Source: Botryllus schlosseri (Eukaryota). From it: DNA of 64,000 bases. Below the pieces are notes generated by a model that did no database searches, was not told the DNA's origin, and saw only the letters and a list, made by a program, of their open reading frames with translations. The stretch lies in contig CM119371.1 of assembly GCA_051294905.1 (NCBI GenBank), forward strand, positions 16,246,001 to 16,310,000. Direction: 5' to 3'. Numbering within the stretch: the first letter of the stretch is position 1; the number at the start of each line of letters is the position of its first letter. Positions 50,063-63,129 of the stretch are shown here, one piece after another. Made by a program: the position numbers and the translations under genes.

Positions 50063-51309
50063 CACTGGCGTAGCAGCATGTTCTGCCGCCCCTGGCTCTC
50101 GCTTAAAATGCCGCCCCCCCCCCTAAGTAGACAGCAGCAAATTTCGACATATATTGATTTTCAAGCAATCTTGTCAATACAAATAATTACAAATAATGTG
50201 CCGCATCTCAGGCTCACCGTCTCAACGTTAATATGGCCAAAATAAGACAAACAAGAAATAGCGGACGAATGTATTGTGCAAATAGAAATCAATAGCCGCC
50301 TCAAAACTTGACTTTTCGGGCTTTCACTGAAGAAAAATCAGCGATAATAACCTCAAATTCGAGTTTTTGAACGTATACCGGTAGTCTCTTTCTATAGACA
50401 GAATAGATAGAGCTGATAGCCGATCATCATTCATGGTAGAACGTAAATAAGACTTAATCAGTTTGAGCTTTGAGAAACTCCTCTCACAGCTTGTAATTGA
50501 AGCACCAATGGTCTGATAAAGTTTCAGACACTCTGAGCATAAATATGGTGTCGAATCAAGTAGCATTGCATTAACTAACCACTGCTCCATACCAGCCTCT
50601 TAAATCTGTCAATTTCCACAGCTAACTCCAAAAAGTCTACCTCGTCGTCATAGGTGCTTTTAAAAGCGCTGGTGAATAAATTGTGACTTTCGCTTTGCAG
50701 CAGCGCGTGAGGATTAAAAAATCCAAACATTATTAAGTGGTGTAGGCTATGCCGGTAAACCTAGTTTGAGCTTCAAGTTTAGTTGTCACACTTGAATACC
50801 CAGACAGGCCTACTGCTGAGCCAGCTAAACGCAGCATAATTGGTCATGGTCATCATATAGTTGGTCAGGCCCTCCGAGCGCTCAAATTTAACAATACTGA
50901 TCCTAATCGAAAGCTATTGTTGACCTGATTCCGGAAATATAATTTAAATGCTGGTATGGAAATCGGCATTGTTCCGAATAATCGCTCGATATAATTTCCA
51001 TTATCATGGTCAATTGGTCAGTGTGTTGCGGCGCTCCGATTGTTAGGAACAATCGGCCTTGACGGCGATTTTGGAGTGGTTCTATTGCCATGTTAAGATA
51101 TTAATTCGTGTTTTCGGAATCAGCGCGACACTAGCTTTTGATTGAGACCAGTTTGATAAAATTTTAGCTCACGGGATGCCAGCTATAGGACTACCAATTA
51201 CGCTGCTTTTAGCCGGCTGTGTACACTGCGTAGCCTCATTTTGCCGCCCCCTTGGAGCCTGCCGCCCCTGGCGCAGAGCCAGAACCGCCAAGTGCCTGCT
51301 ACGCCACTG
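50063..51309 (-). mobile_element. Internally deleted hAT transposon with a transposase C-terminal dimerisation remnant
   Basis: TIR CA(C/G)TGGCGTAGCAG; perfect TSD CTGTGATG; ORF 50324..50590 SCERSFSKLKLIKSYLRSTMNDDRLSALSILSIE. Confidence 0.9.
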
Positions 51310-51843
51310 CTGTGATGTAGAATTAGCTATCGCCAGCACGCTCTAACGTGGTTCGGGAGTGTTAGTCAATAGCTATAGTTGTCAATCTTCTGTAGAAGCT
51401 TATAAACTGATATGGTAATTAGAAGTCGTCGGACATCAAGATTTGTTGTATATTCTATAGCTATATGTACGCGAAAATATGCAGCAACTTTTCGTCAAAA
51501 TAGACAATATGAGACGCATAGATATGGCGAGGATGAAATGGGGCACGTAGTGGCTGGAAATATGGGAGGATGGCACATTTTCTCAACCTAACGTGACGTC
51601 ACATGATACTTGCGACGCTAACAACTCACAGATTTGTATGGGGAAATGTGACTGGAATGCCAACCAAATACGGCTTCACGACCGAAATCAACTCTAGAAA
51701 CCATACTCTAGTGTTCAATGCCAGTCTACGCCAACCAAGCAGTAGGCCTATACATGAAATGTCTTACATAATCTTAAAACTAAAATGTCCAGTACGATAA
51801 GTTGTTAGAAATGGGAGTCGGCAACAAACTCATCAGTCATATG

Positions 51844-53190
51844 CAGGCCGTGTTATTTTTGGCATTTCAGGAGCCAGATGCCAAAACTGCCAAAAATAAA
51901 AATTTGAAAATGCCAAAAATAAGCAATTTTTGGCATATGCCAAAAATAACACGGCCTGCTAAATAGTGTATTTCGTTCATGGTGTTGTGTTAACAGGACC
52001 GCGTTACAAGCGAGAAGGGCGTTTGTGAAGGGCAGGTTTCTTGATCTGGGTCCAACCCACCCATTAGGGGTGAAAGCATGGTGTCCTGAATGGCACAGCG
52101 AGATTGAACGGCTGACTGCATTTGGTTTACGTCATACTTTCCATTTGTCCAAAGGCAATTTTACGATCATTTTTGACCGGCTTGTCGAGCGTAAATTTGA
52201 TAAAACCGGTATCAATGAGAAGCTGCCTCAGTACTGATTATTAAAATATAAATGATATTCTGCTCATAGAACTGGAACCCCCAAAATCAACCACGATTTT
52301 TGCAATGTGATCGAGTTGAACACTGTGACGCAACAAACTGTCCGGCTATTTCTGAGCTGCATAGTCTCGTTTTGCCAGACAGTCTTGTTGCGTCAATGTT
52401 CTCAAACAAACTAACCTTCCTAGGACTCTTCCATGCGAGTTGGTAATATTAAAGCCACCTGAAGTGACAAAAGTCCTCCGAAAATATATCGGTAGACTGA
52501 AGGAGAAATGATAGTCAGGCTATCAAATAGAATGTGTTGAGAGACAACACAGGAAACTCCTAGAAAAGGATCGGGAAGAAAATTCTTTCCGCGATGAGAT
52601 CGATGGCAGTGGTGAAGTGATCTCTTTTCATGATGCATGGAAGGCGGTTCGGCCTTCCAAAGATTTTGAAGCTCTGAAAACCTTTTGGGATGACTGGCAA
52701 CATTCTTTCCCTAAACGGCTACTGTTGAAGCCGATATTTCTCAGATTCGCTGGGCGAGAAATGAATTTAGGAGAAACTTAGCTGACCTGAGTTTGGAAGC
52801 AGTGTTACAATGCAAACGATTTAAGTCTATTCAACAGCTGTAACAATCAGCTGTTGAGCGTGTTTGTTAGGCTTTTCTTTCTTTTTTTTGCTTATTGGCA
52901 CCGATTCTGGGGGATACTGCACATTTTGTGGTTTCGTTTGATATTATTAACCTATGAAATCGTTAGGTTTTTTCTTCTTATTGTTTGTTGGCACTGATTA
53001 TACGTGGATGCTGCACATTTTGTGGTGTCTTTTGACAAACTAGCCCAAATAAAGCGTTTATGTGAATAATTCAAGGCTGAAACCATCTATTTAGAGGACG
53101 ATGCTAAAACTGCCAAAACTAAAAATCGAAAAATGCCAAAAATAAGTTATTTTTGGCAGTTTTGGCATATGCCAAAAATAACACGGCCCG
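51844..53190 (+). mobile_element. hAT-like element with a decayed transposase C-terminus
   Basis: TIR C(A/G)GGCCGTGTTATTTTTGGCA; perfect TSD GTCATATG; frameshifted peptide FHDAWK...LKTF...LATFFPKTATVEADISQIRWARNEFRRNLADLSLEAVLQCKRF at about 52625-52825. Confidence 0.78.
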
Positions 53191-54244
53191 GTCATATGCA
53201 AACACCAGTGCAATTGAAAACCATTTTTAAATGAGACTGAATCATCTGACATAACCGCATAACCACGCAGCTCTATTATTTTGCATAGCTCACGTGTCAA
53301 GTTTAATAAGTCCTGATCATCATCTATTGTTTGTCGGAACAAATCAGAGTTCTGACGTCTATCTAAAATTAAACCTTTCCCAATTTGTAACGCTCTAGCC
53401 GACGCTGACCTAGCCATCAGTCCTATACTGTAATTCAATGCAACAGTTCGACAATTCGTCTTTTCACCGATCAGATACTACATTGGTAACAGTATTGGCA
53501 TTTGGCATGTAGTACGATCTACTATAAATTATCGTATTCTATCATCGAAGTTATCATAGCATTTAACGTTCTCCTGTCACATCGCTAAACTGACATAGAT
53601 GGTTGCATGGTTTTAATAGTAGACTTGAAAACAGCTGAACTACATATAGGTGAGTAAATGATGACGCGTTCAAAACGGTTATTGTGACAGCGTCGTGACT
53701 AATTCCGGGAAGTGAGATTAGAAATCGGCTAAGGCTTGCAGTAATATTTCAACAGGCGTTCGAGAAACCTGAAAACAATCTGAGGCGCCTTGCATAATAC
53801 CCGTTGGCGTATAAATAAATGCATATATCAGGCTTTTCTGTGCATTTAGTGACAAATATTGAATGACTCTTAAGGATGATCCGATACTGTAAGTTGCGAT
53901 GAGATGGTTGACACTTTTGGCTTCAATGAATGTCTGTCGGTTGACAGTTTCGCAGTGTCATCGTATTATTCGGTCGAAGCGCAAAGCGTGCAATCAATTG
54001 CCCCATTACAAATGAACTCATACATATTGGCGATAGAATTGACATTTCAGAAAGACATGGTTTCGATGTAGAACCCCAACCTCTCCTGCGTATATGCCAC
54101 TGCACACGACTTACCACCACAACAGTCACAGTTCAAATAGTGCTCGGGCTTAAATACCTGCAGCTGCAACACATTGTTTGTTTGTTCGTGGTATTCATGG
54201 TGTTTGTCGACCATACAATGGACAGATGGTCAGTGGTCACTTAC

Positions 54245-55219
54245 AAGTGTTGGGATCAAGTCACTACCTTCGAGTCACGAGTCATCTCGAGTCATTGCAC
54301 ATTTTGACATGAGTGAAGTCAAGTCAATCGATTTTCGAAGGTGACTCGAGTCAAGTCAAGTCACTCGTTTTTGGAGGTGACTCGAGTCAAGTCAAGTCAA
54401 GTCAAGTCACGAGTCAAGTCATAATTGAAGTCAAATTGAATTTTCGAAGTATCAGTGACGATTCAAAGTCATTACATTTTGCTAGCTGTGTGAAAGTCAG
54501 AATAATTGGGCATTTATCTTGAATCAATAACTAATATAAAGGTAAATATGCTTGCAAGAAGACGTTGTATCGCTCACGTACACGTAGAACTGCAAATAAA
54601 TTACATGAGTTACTATGTATAGCAACATGCAACAGTCTGTTTTTAGCAGCCAATCGGCTCGAAGCCTCGAGAAGTTTAACACATTGGTATGGTACAATAC
54701 ATTATACCCATCCGCGAGAATGTAAACGCACAAACTATATTCGCTGGATTTAAATCATACAAGAGGGTCGGTAAAGGCGATCACCGTGGAATTTAAGCAC
54801 TGTGCCGGCCAAGAAACAGAGATACGTTGTTATGAGGTTAATATATTGCTACTCCTACTAACAACGTAAGCTCTGATCATAACGTTTGTGGTCAATTTAT
54901 TTGTGGTGTAACAATAGAGGATCAGTGAAACGTACAATCAGTGAATGACTGGTTACTCTCGCAAGTGACAAAGCAGGCGTATCGCGCATAGTACCAACAT
55001 TCACAAAATTCAGTGATTTAATCGATACCGTTTACTTGATGACTTGAAATTGACTCGTGAATATTGCTCCGAGTCACGAGTCAATCCACATTTCTGATAC
55101 GCCGAGTCAAGTCAAGTCAAGTCATTTTTGCAAAGTGACTCGAGTCAAGTCAAGTCATACGAAAAAGTTGACTCCAGTCTGACTCGAGTCAAGTCATGAC
55201 TTGAGTCATCCCAACACTG
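54245..55219. mobile_element. GACTCGAGTCAAGTC element inserted in a minus-strand SINE (about 54175-55320)
   Basis: Homologue of 5309-7477; TSD TCACTTAC/TCATTTAC. Confidence 0.85.
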
Positions 55220-55356
55220 TCATTTACATCAGGCCGATATTTTTCATATGTAGGCATATTCCGTGTCTGCCGACTTGTAACACGACCCACTTCTAGGCTT
55301 CTGTAAGACACCGCTTACACAATCAACTGCAAATATGTGGGTCGTGTCGGTGATGG

Positions 55357-55602
55357 TACCTTCCTACATTCCTACGGGCATACCTTCCTACGCTCTTACG
55401 TTCCTATGTGCATACCTTCCTACGTTCATTCGTCCATACGTCCGTACGTTCCTAAGTTTCTACGTGCATACCGTCCTACGTTCTTACGTTCCTACGTTCC
55501 TACGTGCATACCTTCCTACCTTCATACGTCCACACGTCCCTACGTTCCTACGTGCACACCGTCCTACGTTGCTACGTATACATACATTCCTACGTTCCTA
55601 CA
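55357..55602. repeat. Degenerate (TACGTTCC)n / (TACC/TTCC) microsatellite
   Basis: Visible 4/8-bp periodicity. Confidence 0.85.
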
Positions 55603-56011
55603 TAATTTGGATCAAAATGCTGTACTCTATTTATATCGTGGTATAAGTCTCAGGTAGGTTCAGGTTCCGTTCCGTGTGCCATGGGTGTATATTCTCACCC
55701 ATGGTGGACGGTGGTACATGTGTGGAAATACGCACATTTTTGCTAATTGTGTCTGGCACGACGCAGCAGTGTACTATCCAACTATCCAAAAAGGTTCAGA
55801 AATGGAGTACCCGAAAGTACCCGAAGCGGACAACCAGAAGTTGAATGTATTTGGAAGAGGGCCGCAGGAATGGAAAGACATGATACGTTGATTGCACCCT
55901 TGGTGACGACAGATAAATCTATTGGATTGCAAACTATCAGTTGATATCATCGTCGGTACTCAATTAGAAGTAAAAGTAACATGGTAAATTTCTGGTCATG
56001 TAGGACTAGAA

Positions 56012-59000
56012 CAGTGGTTCCCAACGTGGGCGATATCGCCCCCCAGGTGGCGAGTTGGCGGTCTAGGGGGGCGAAAATAACGAAGAGGGCGATAGGGGGG
56101 CGAAAACGGACGAAGGGGGCGATAGGGAGCAAAACCAACGAAGGGGGCGATAGGGGGGCGATGGCGCGTTAAAACGGCTATATTGGAGTCGGGATCGTAA
56201 CTACCGCACCCCAAACCCCCCAATTAGGGGTGGGGGCCCGAAATCGAAGGAAGCCCAAAATTATTTCGTGAATTAACATGAATGATAGAGTAATATCTTA
56301 GAAATTCATGCGACTTTTTCAAAAATTTTTCGCGCTGGACGCGATTTAATATTTTCATGTATCTTGATGTTGGGGTCCCCGTCACTAGGGCTGGGCAAAT
56401 TCGAGTACCTGGGTGATTCGATTCTGAATCACGTATTATGCTTCGAGTCGAGTCGAGTAATCGAGTATCACTCATTATGACGTCATGACAGTATATAAGA
56501 TGTCCAAGTTCAAATACGTATCTTTTATGCCACCACAAAAAATATAATGCCTGTTATGCATCCCATTAAAGATGCGTCGGTACTTTTCCGACCATACCGA
56601 TTTCGTTGCACTTCGTTACAATGTTGTGGCACGACCATGACTTCGGAAATGTGTTATTTCCAGAAACGTTCGTAGCTTTGTACTATATTTTTCGTATGCT
56701 GCGATTGCCCAATCAAGGTTTCAAGACTTCAGGGTGTAAAATAGTATCGAAACTGCAATTTTCGTTGATAAATTAACTTGCAGTGACGAGGAGCGTATAA
56801 TTTCAGTACTCGAGAAAATCGTCTTTTACTACTCGACTCGAATCATTAAAATTAATACTCGATTCAGATTCGAGTACTCGAATCATTGTGCCCAGCCCTA
56901 CCCGTCACCCAACAAAAATACCCATGATTTATGGAAATGGGAGACTTCGGCGTCGGCCATTACAGCGCCACGACGCACCAAGACATATGAAGTTACAGGA
57001 CATGTAACATGCGACTCCGAGAAATGTGCCAGAACGATCAGCCGCGAGAAGACCGAAAACTTCGATATATATACACATATGTTTAATAGTCCATAGGCGT
57101 CTCAATGGCTGGCGTCGAATGTTCGTGTCCTGGCGACCTTTACCCTACAGCAATGGTTCTCAACCTTTTTCACCTCGCGGACCGGTAAAATTTCAAAAAA
57201 TATTTGATGGACCGGTGAACTATTAAAAATTGAAATTAACCCAAAATGTAAAGTGATCCACCGCGTTTTCTTGCTAGTATATGGTGCTAGTGAGTGACAT
57301 TTTGAGAGTTTTGATCGTAATTAATTATGGCCAAGATGGCATCCATGTGATTTTACGGTGGTGAGTCTGCTTAGTCGAGGTAAAATTGCCTTGCCCAGAG
57401 CAACGTGCTACCGCCGAGAGTCGTCCACAGTCTTTCGTGCCAAAGGCCGCGGATTTAACCGACCACGACAACTCGAATAAAATTCATCTCTTTGACAATA
57501 TCGAAAGAAGAAACGTTTCGGAGTCTATCCAATCGAGCTGTGCATGGACCAGAGCCGGATTGGATATCCGGCTAAATTTGCTCATTTTGAACCGGAGCCG
57601 GATCAGTACTTTTTCTGATACGGCCGGAGTCGGATCGGAGCCGGATAAGCACTTTTCACTAAGAAGAGGACAGCGTTAGCCTATAATCAGCACCCTTGAA
57701 GCAATAAGTAAAGTGGAAGTAAATCACATGCTTTAGGCTTGGGCTTCATCATTGAGTTTTTAATTTCCTGTTTGCATTGTTTCAATCAATATCCAATACT
57801 ATATTGTGAGTAGATATTAATTATTATCGGAGTTCGTCGGACCGGATCACGGCCATTTCTAGAATCCGGACCAGGAGTCGGGCCGGAGTCGGAGCTTCAA
57901 AAATGTGATCAGAGTGGGCCCCACAGGATGATAAACCAAATTTGAAAAAAGTTGAATAAAGATTCAAAAATGGCCAATGGGTTGTGGGTTCGAGTCAGAC
58001 CGAGGTGGACTCCAGAATTCCTACCTAAGTGCTAGAGGTTTATCTAGGCTCCTCCTAGCCACGTGATGCGCGCCAGCAATGTCTTATAAAAGCCTAGAAG
58101 TGGGCCGAGCTACATGCAAGTCGGTAAATACGGAATAAAAATAAAGAATATAGGCCTGGTGTAAAATGTATAATGTAGTCGAAACACCATGATCATCAAA
58201 CATACAAAGCTTAAAAAAATTATATATTTTATGTTCATTCACAAAATATTTTTCCAAGCCTGGTCCCGATCCAATTGAGGGTTAGGGGTGCGTTGGATAC
58301 GGTCCAACACACGTTGAATGAATCGCAAATGAATGGTCGCGCAAAAAACGACGTTAGGTGAGTCAGCTTTTACTTGTCCCTCGCATATCGACAAATGACA
58401 CGCATTGAACTTCAAGTCAAATCGAATATATTACCTCACGAAGTTATGAATCAGTTTAAATTTGATGTTTCATTTATTTAATCAATGAACAAGCCTTCAA
58501 GATATTACATCTTGAAATTAAGGTATAAAATTGTAATATACCTGGCGGACCGGCAGGAAAGTCGTTGCGGACCGGCACCGGTCCGCGGACCGGCGGTTGA
58601 GAACCACTGCCCTACAGGACAAATGCCATCCCGCAAGGAAAAAGATATTTGCCAGTAAAGAAATACCAATATGAAATCATGTGCGTCTTTGAGTTTGGTA
58701 CGCTTTTACGATTTCCATATTTTCTGACATAGCAGATATAGGAGGTCACGAAATAGCATCATGTAAAGAAGTCAATATAACAACGATTCCGCACGAAGAT
58801 GTTTAATTATTGTTTAGGGGTCCTACCTTTTTCAACATACCACATCGACCATATTGCCCGATTCAAACATGAATTATATAAATTTGTCGCGCTTGGCGCG
58901 TTTAGGCGAAATACTGTGACTCACCAAACAGTATACAAGAGATATAGGGTATAGCTGATATGTAGCGATAAAAAGCCCACTGGCTGATGGGGGGTCTGGG

Positions 59001-59153
59001 GTTTGGTTTATCACCCTATGGGGCCAAAGACCAACGTTTTTTTCGAGGGAGGGTTGACGAAGTGCTGTTTTTCGGTTCCCAATATTTGGGGGGCGATGAT
59101 CGGTGTGGAGCTTCAAAAGGGGGCGATGAGTCGAAAAAGGTTGGGAACCACTG
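56012..59153. mobile_element. hAT-type element with nested 56386-56900 and 57151-58609 (the latter holding a SINE at about 57972-58208)
   Basis: TIR CAGTGGTTCCCAAC; perfect TSDs GACTAGAA, CCCGTCAC, CCCTACAG. Confidence 0.9.
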
Positions 59154-59554
59154 GACTAGAAGTTTCGATTTTCAAGTAAGCAAGGAAAAGTTTGTATTCT
59201 GAACCTAATTTTGTCTAGAAATCTAAAAACTGTAGAGTAAAAGTGCTGTTCAGCCTTTTTGAGAATATTATGCACTTTTATTTCAGTGAAATATTTCATC
59301 CGTAAAAACCTGCCGAAATTATTACTCAAAATCACAATAAGACGGTTTACACTTTTTAATTCGAATTTCCAACAAGTAGGCGACCGGTTTATCAATGAAT
59401 CTGTGGATGCCCAACATTTAGAACAATTTCAGACCAGTTAGGTACAAGTTCCAAAGCTCCCCGCATTAGACCATTAACTGTTTCATCAAGAAGACAACTC
59501 CTTTTCCTCATTTTGATGTCAGCTAGTGAACTAAATCCCTTTTCCACCAAATAA

Positions 59555-59735
59555 GTTGTTTGTTGCTGTTGTTTTTGTAGTATTCATGGTGTTTGTCGAC
59601 TACTATCGTCATTGACACCCGCCATTTAAAAAAAATTTTAATCCATAGCTGCCGACATGTAGCACGGCCCACTTCTGGGCTTTTATAAAACACCGCTTAC
59701 ACGGATGTGATGACGAGGGGAGCCTCGATAAACCT
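59555..59735 (-). mobile_element. 3' part of the abundant SINE family (other fragments about 18890-18978, 36996-37139, 63780-63995)
   Basis: CATGGTGTTTGTCGACTAC...GCACGGCCCACTTCT...CACCGCTTAC shared with other copies. Confidence 0.75.
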
Positions 59736-59739
59736 AGCT

Positions 59740-60462
59740 TTTCATATGCAGATACGGATTCTCGGACCAACTGTTTCTAGTTAGGTGTTTTGTGATCATC
59801 TAAAAAGTTTTATTTATTACATCTTAGGATAAATTCCATTTAGTGAATTCCTTTCCAATAGGAAATTGGAATCTTTCATCCGTATTCGAATCTTAAATCT
59901 ATCAAAGATACCAGATTTAAACTATCGTTTGATGGGGATACGATAGGTTTACGCACTTTGTTGACTCGGCGGAAAATTATCCATTTACAAATAAATGAGA
60001 CGCATGTGAGTATTGTAGTTAAGCTTTTCAAGGACAAATTTTATAGCCTTATACTCCTCTTTAATCTTGGTAGAATGACCAATTGACACAGGAGAATATG
60101 TATTTCCGTTGTGCAACAGTACAATTTTCAGGCTTGACAAACTGCTTTTTTGACAAACAAATATTTCGCACCAGGTCATATTAATATTGATAGAATGACT
60201 GAGAACGACATGAGGGTTCTTCATAGTTAATTATCTATTTATGCGCAGTATAAAAATAGAAAAACTACGATATTCTTCCTATCAAGTAAAATATTCAAGT
60301 GTAAATACAGCAATTTTGGACTTTTTTAGGGCTGTAAATATCTACTGAACAAGAACCAATCTGGCAAAAATAATGTGATATTCGTTATCAGCAACCTCGA
60401 AAACCCCAGAAACGGCTCTCAGATGTTCTGCCAAAATTTCATTTTCATTTTGTTGACCAGTG
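59740..60462 (-). mobile_element. Decayed DNA transposon, Chapaev3/CMC-like
   Basis: Terminus CACTGGTCAACAAAA; peptide SSLKIVLLHNGNTYSPVSIGHSTKIKEEYKAIKFVLEKLNY and downstream KSGIFD-like and NFL.DHKTPN-like remnants; family name from memory. Confidence 0.62.
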
Positions 60463-60495
60463 TTATAGTTGAATTGTATGTTTATATTGAAATGA

Positions 60496-60529
60496 ACCCG
60501 AATATTTTCGGCTAACACTCGTCACCGGT
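60496..60529 (-). ncRNA. Degenerate minimal hammerhead motif (core GTGACGA)
   Basis: ACCG-GTGACGA-GTGTTAGCC-GAAA-ATAT-TC-GGGT on minus; a different core substitution plus a stem I mismatch. Confidence 0.6.
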
Positions 60530-60815
60530 AATCGTCAGCAACTAGTAGAAAATCGGAAATAACATTGTATATCAACAATCGTATGACAAAATATGACGTC
60601 ACCAGCATGAAATGTCGAATACAAGAGCGTTCAATGTACTATTTTAATATGGTACACGAACTCCTTCTGTAGACAAAACTTGGGCTGATGTATTTTGACA
60701 AAGATCGACTCCAAGGCTCACAAATGAAAGTGTGAGCGGCCCGTTCCGATGACGCGAAATTTGTCGTCGTTGATATACAATGTTCTTTCCAATTCTCTAC
60801 TAGTTGCTGACGATT

Positions 60816-60849
60816 ACCCCAGACGAGTGTCAGCCGAAAATATTCGGGT
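60816..60849 (+). ncRNA. Degenerate minimal hammerhead motif (core CAGACGA)
   Basis: ACCC-CAGACGA-GTGTCAGCC-GAAA-ATAT-TC-GGGT; one core substitution. Confidence 0.65.
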
Positions 60850-60982
60850 TCATTTCAATATGAATATACTATTCAAATGTATATTGAAGTTGTGTACCTC
60901 AAAAAAGCTCTGTAATAATAATAGCGACCAAATATTAATTCATTCAGGCTGGTGCGAGACAACATTGTTGTAATAGGTAATT

Positions 60983-61970
60983 TAGGGATGGTGTGAACGT
61001 GAGGTTCACGTTCGCGTTCTGTGTGTGAACCTCAGAAATTTAGAGGTTCACGTTCACAAACGAACCTTGGTAGGTTCTGCACTGTGAACCTTTTCCTTAT
61101 ATTACAATATTCACTTCAATATAATATCTTTGGTTTAAATTTACTGGATTTCAATTGCGGGCCACTCTATGCATGGCGCTGGCAGCATAAAAAAAAACTC
61201 TAAACGACCGTACACCTTGACAATCTCAAAAATTTTACTTGCTTTGTTACAAATGTTTGCTCGAAATATCCAGCTATCCGTTTGTGAATATTTAGTGACT
61301 CTCTGCTTCAAGCTTGACCCGCAATCACACAACATCAAGAGCAAATACGCTATACATGTAGTCAGTGAATGATGCTTATTCAACCAATCAATGAACTTGA
61401 TATCGTTATCTGATGTAAATAAAAAATCCAGCAAGAGTACAGTGTCAATCTTCATATGTTCATTGTGTCATAAAAACCAAATCCGTGCGACTTGGGGTGT
61501 TGACTACTGCTGTATAACTTGTTATTGGGGTAATACCGGTAGCAAGTATAGAAACCCGTTTTACACTCTGCTCAATATCAACGTAGCAATACTCGGACGC
61601 CGAATACATTGTCCGGTCTGACCTTGACAGTTAAGGCGTAAGCCTACATTCCCTTGCAAGTCCTCGTCGAAATTGTTGGCAAAGCGACGGAAGATATTGG
61701 TTTTATGGGGTTATCATATCATTTGATTGCCCCGGTTGATTCATTTGGCGAAGTTTAAAACGTCGAAATGTATTTCAGCAATGTGGAATTATGTGGCCCG
61801 AGTCGTCGCTAGGTATCGTGTACGTCAATATAGGCTACCACTTCACTGAAATGTAGGGTTGGAATTATCAACATGACGTCACGAGGTTCACGTTCGTGTT
61901 CACACAGAACCTTTAAAAAAGGTTCGCGTTCACACGAACCAGAACCTTTCAGAGGTTCACACCATCCCTA
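60983..61970 (+). mobile_element. TAGGGATGGTGTGAAC-family MITE
   Basis: Full-length homologue of 19215-20194. Confidence 0.88.
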
Positions 61971-62853
61971 ATAGGTATAGCGGTGTAATTCTAAGTATAG
62001 CAGTGCGTCGCAAGTCCAACAAGTTTTTGCAAATGCGTGGCTACGCCGAAATTTAGAGAGCCACTGATTTTAAAATCGTAATAAGTTTATTCGTATTATT
62101 CCGCAACAAACAAAGTAAAATATATGCACAATTTTCATCCGCGCTCATCAGGACCAAGTATGTCATCCGCACTGCATTTTGTTTCATCCGCACAAGTGTG
62201 TACCATGGACCATCCCATCGGCTGAAAAGCACTGTAAACCAGTGGTTCTCAGCCATGGCTTCAGCGCCCCCCAGCGCACGATGTAAATTTTCAAGGTTGC
62301 GTTGAAGAAAAGCAGCAGCATAGTTGGTGTAGTGTTCACATAATGATATTGTATTGTATTAATCGGCACAGCACAGTTGAGCTTATCGCCTTTCTAGGCC
62401 TTGTGCTCCACGACATGAATTTCATAAAGTTCATTGGTCTTTGCTTTTTCGTCATGTTGGGAACGTCTTTTTCATTCTCTCTCGCAGTCATCTTCATTGT
62501 CTCTCGCTCCCATGCATCCCCATCGTGGTCTCTGCTGCCGACTTATAGCACGGCTCACTTTCAGCAGGGGCTTTTCAATGCACTACCGTAGCAGTGAGGT
62601 CGCAGATGAGACTTAATGATATATACTACGGTTTATATATCCCCGAGTTATCGTTGAAATTGACGTTCGATAAAATTTATCAAATCTCCGAATTTTTCGT
62701 CTCGTGGTGCGCGAAATATACCGACAATGCGATGTGTTTTCGCACACGCAGCCGTTATTATGAGTATTGCAAAGTGTGGGCCACGTATTTCTTACGCGTA
62801 TCCCTATCGATTGAAAGTTTCCTGTAACCCAGTGTAATCGCACTAGCTAGGGA

Positions 62854-63129
62854 CAGAGATGGTCACAGTCTGGTTCAGGAGCCGGAGCCGGGACAGGATT
62901 TCATTGATTTTTTACCTGGGCGGACTGGATCCGGATTTTGAATTTGCGGTGACGGTCGGATTTTAGCCGTTTTTTTGCTTCAATATGATAAATTAGCATT
63001 GTTCTGGCAGGATATTTTCGGATTCCGAACTGGACCTTCACCAGCCGGATTTTTCGGACTCTGAATTTCCAATTGCCAGACGGATCCGGATAGATTGGGA
63101 TCCTGATATTTGGGAATCCGCCATCTCTG
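62854..63129. mobile_element. CCGGAT-rich MITE
   Basis: TIR CAGAGATGG; TSD GCTAGGGA/GCTAGGGG. Confidence 0.75.

Larger units (their letters stand above)
60470..60910 (+). mobile_element. Second, very short Penelope-like insertion (inverted pLTR pair) of a related family
   Basis: Inverted repeat about 60470-60595 / 60755-60875; minus strand 60631-60750 reads IGTGRSHFHL*ALESIFVKIHQPKFCLQKEFVYHIKIVH*, homologous to the C-terminus of the 16558-17160 ORF; 3' tail resembles that of the first PLE. Confidence 0.85.

Noticed and set aside
53091..53438. 115-aa minus-strand ORF as a host gene
   Set aside because: The C-terminal part reads through a transposon TIR; no recognisable domain or supported exon chain
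55335..55657. Overlapping ~105-aa ORFs
   Set aside because: Produced by a stop-poor microsatellite
62120..62155. Additional hammerhead on minus (CTGATGA...GAAA)
   Set aside because: No stem II closing pair and no stem I/III complementarity
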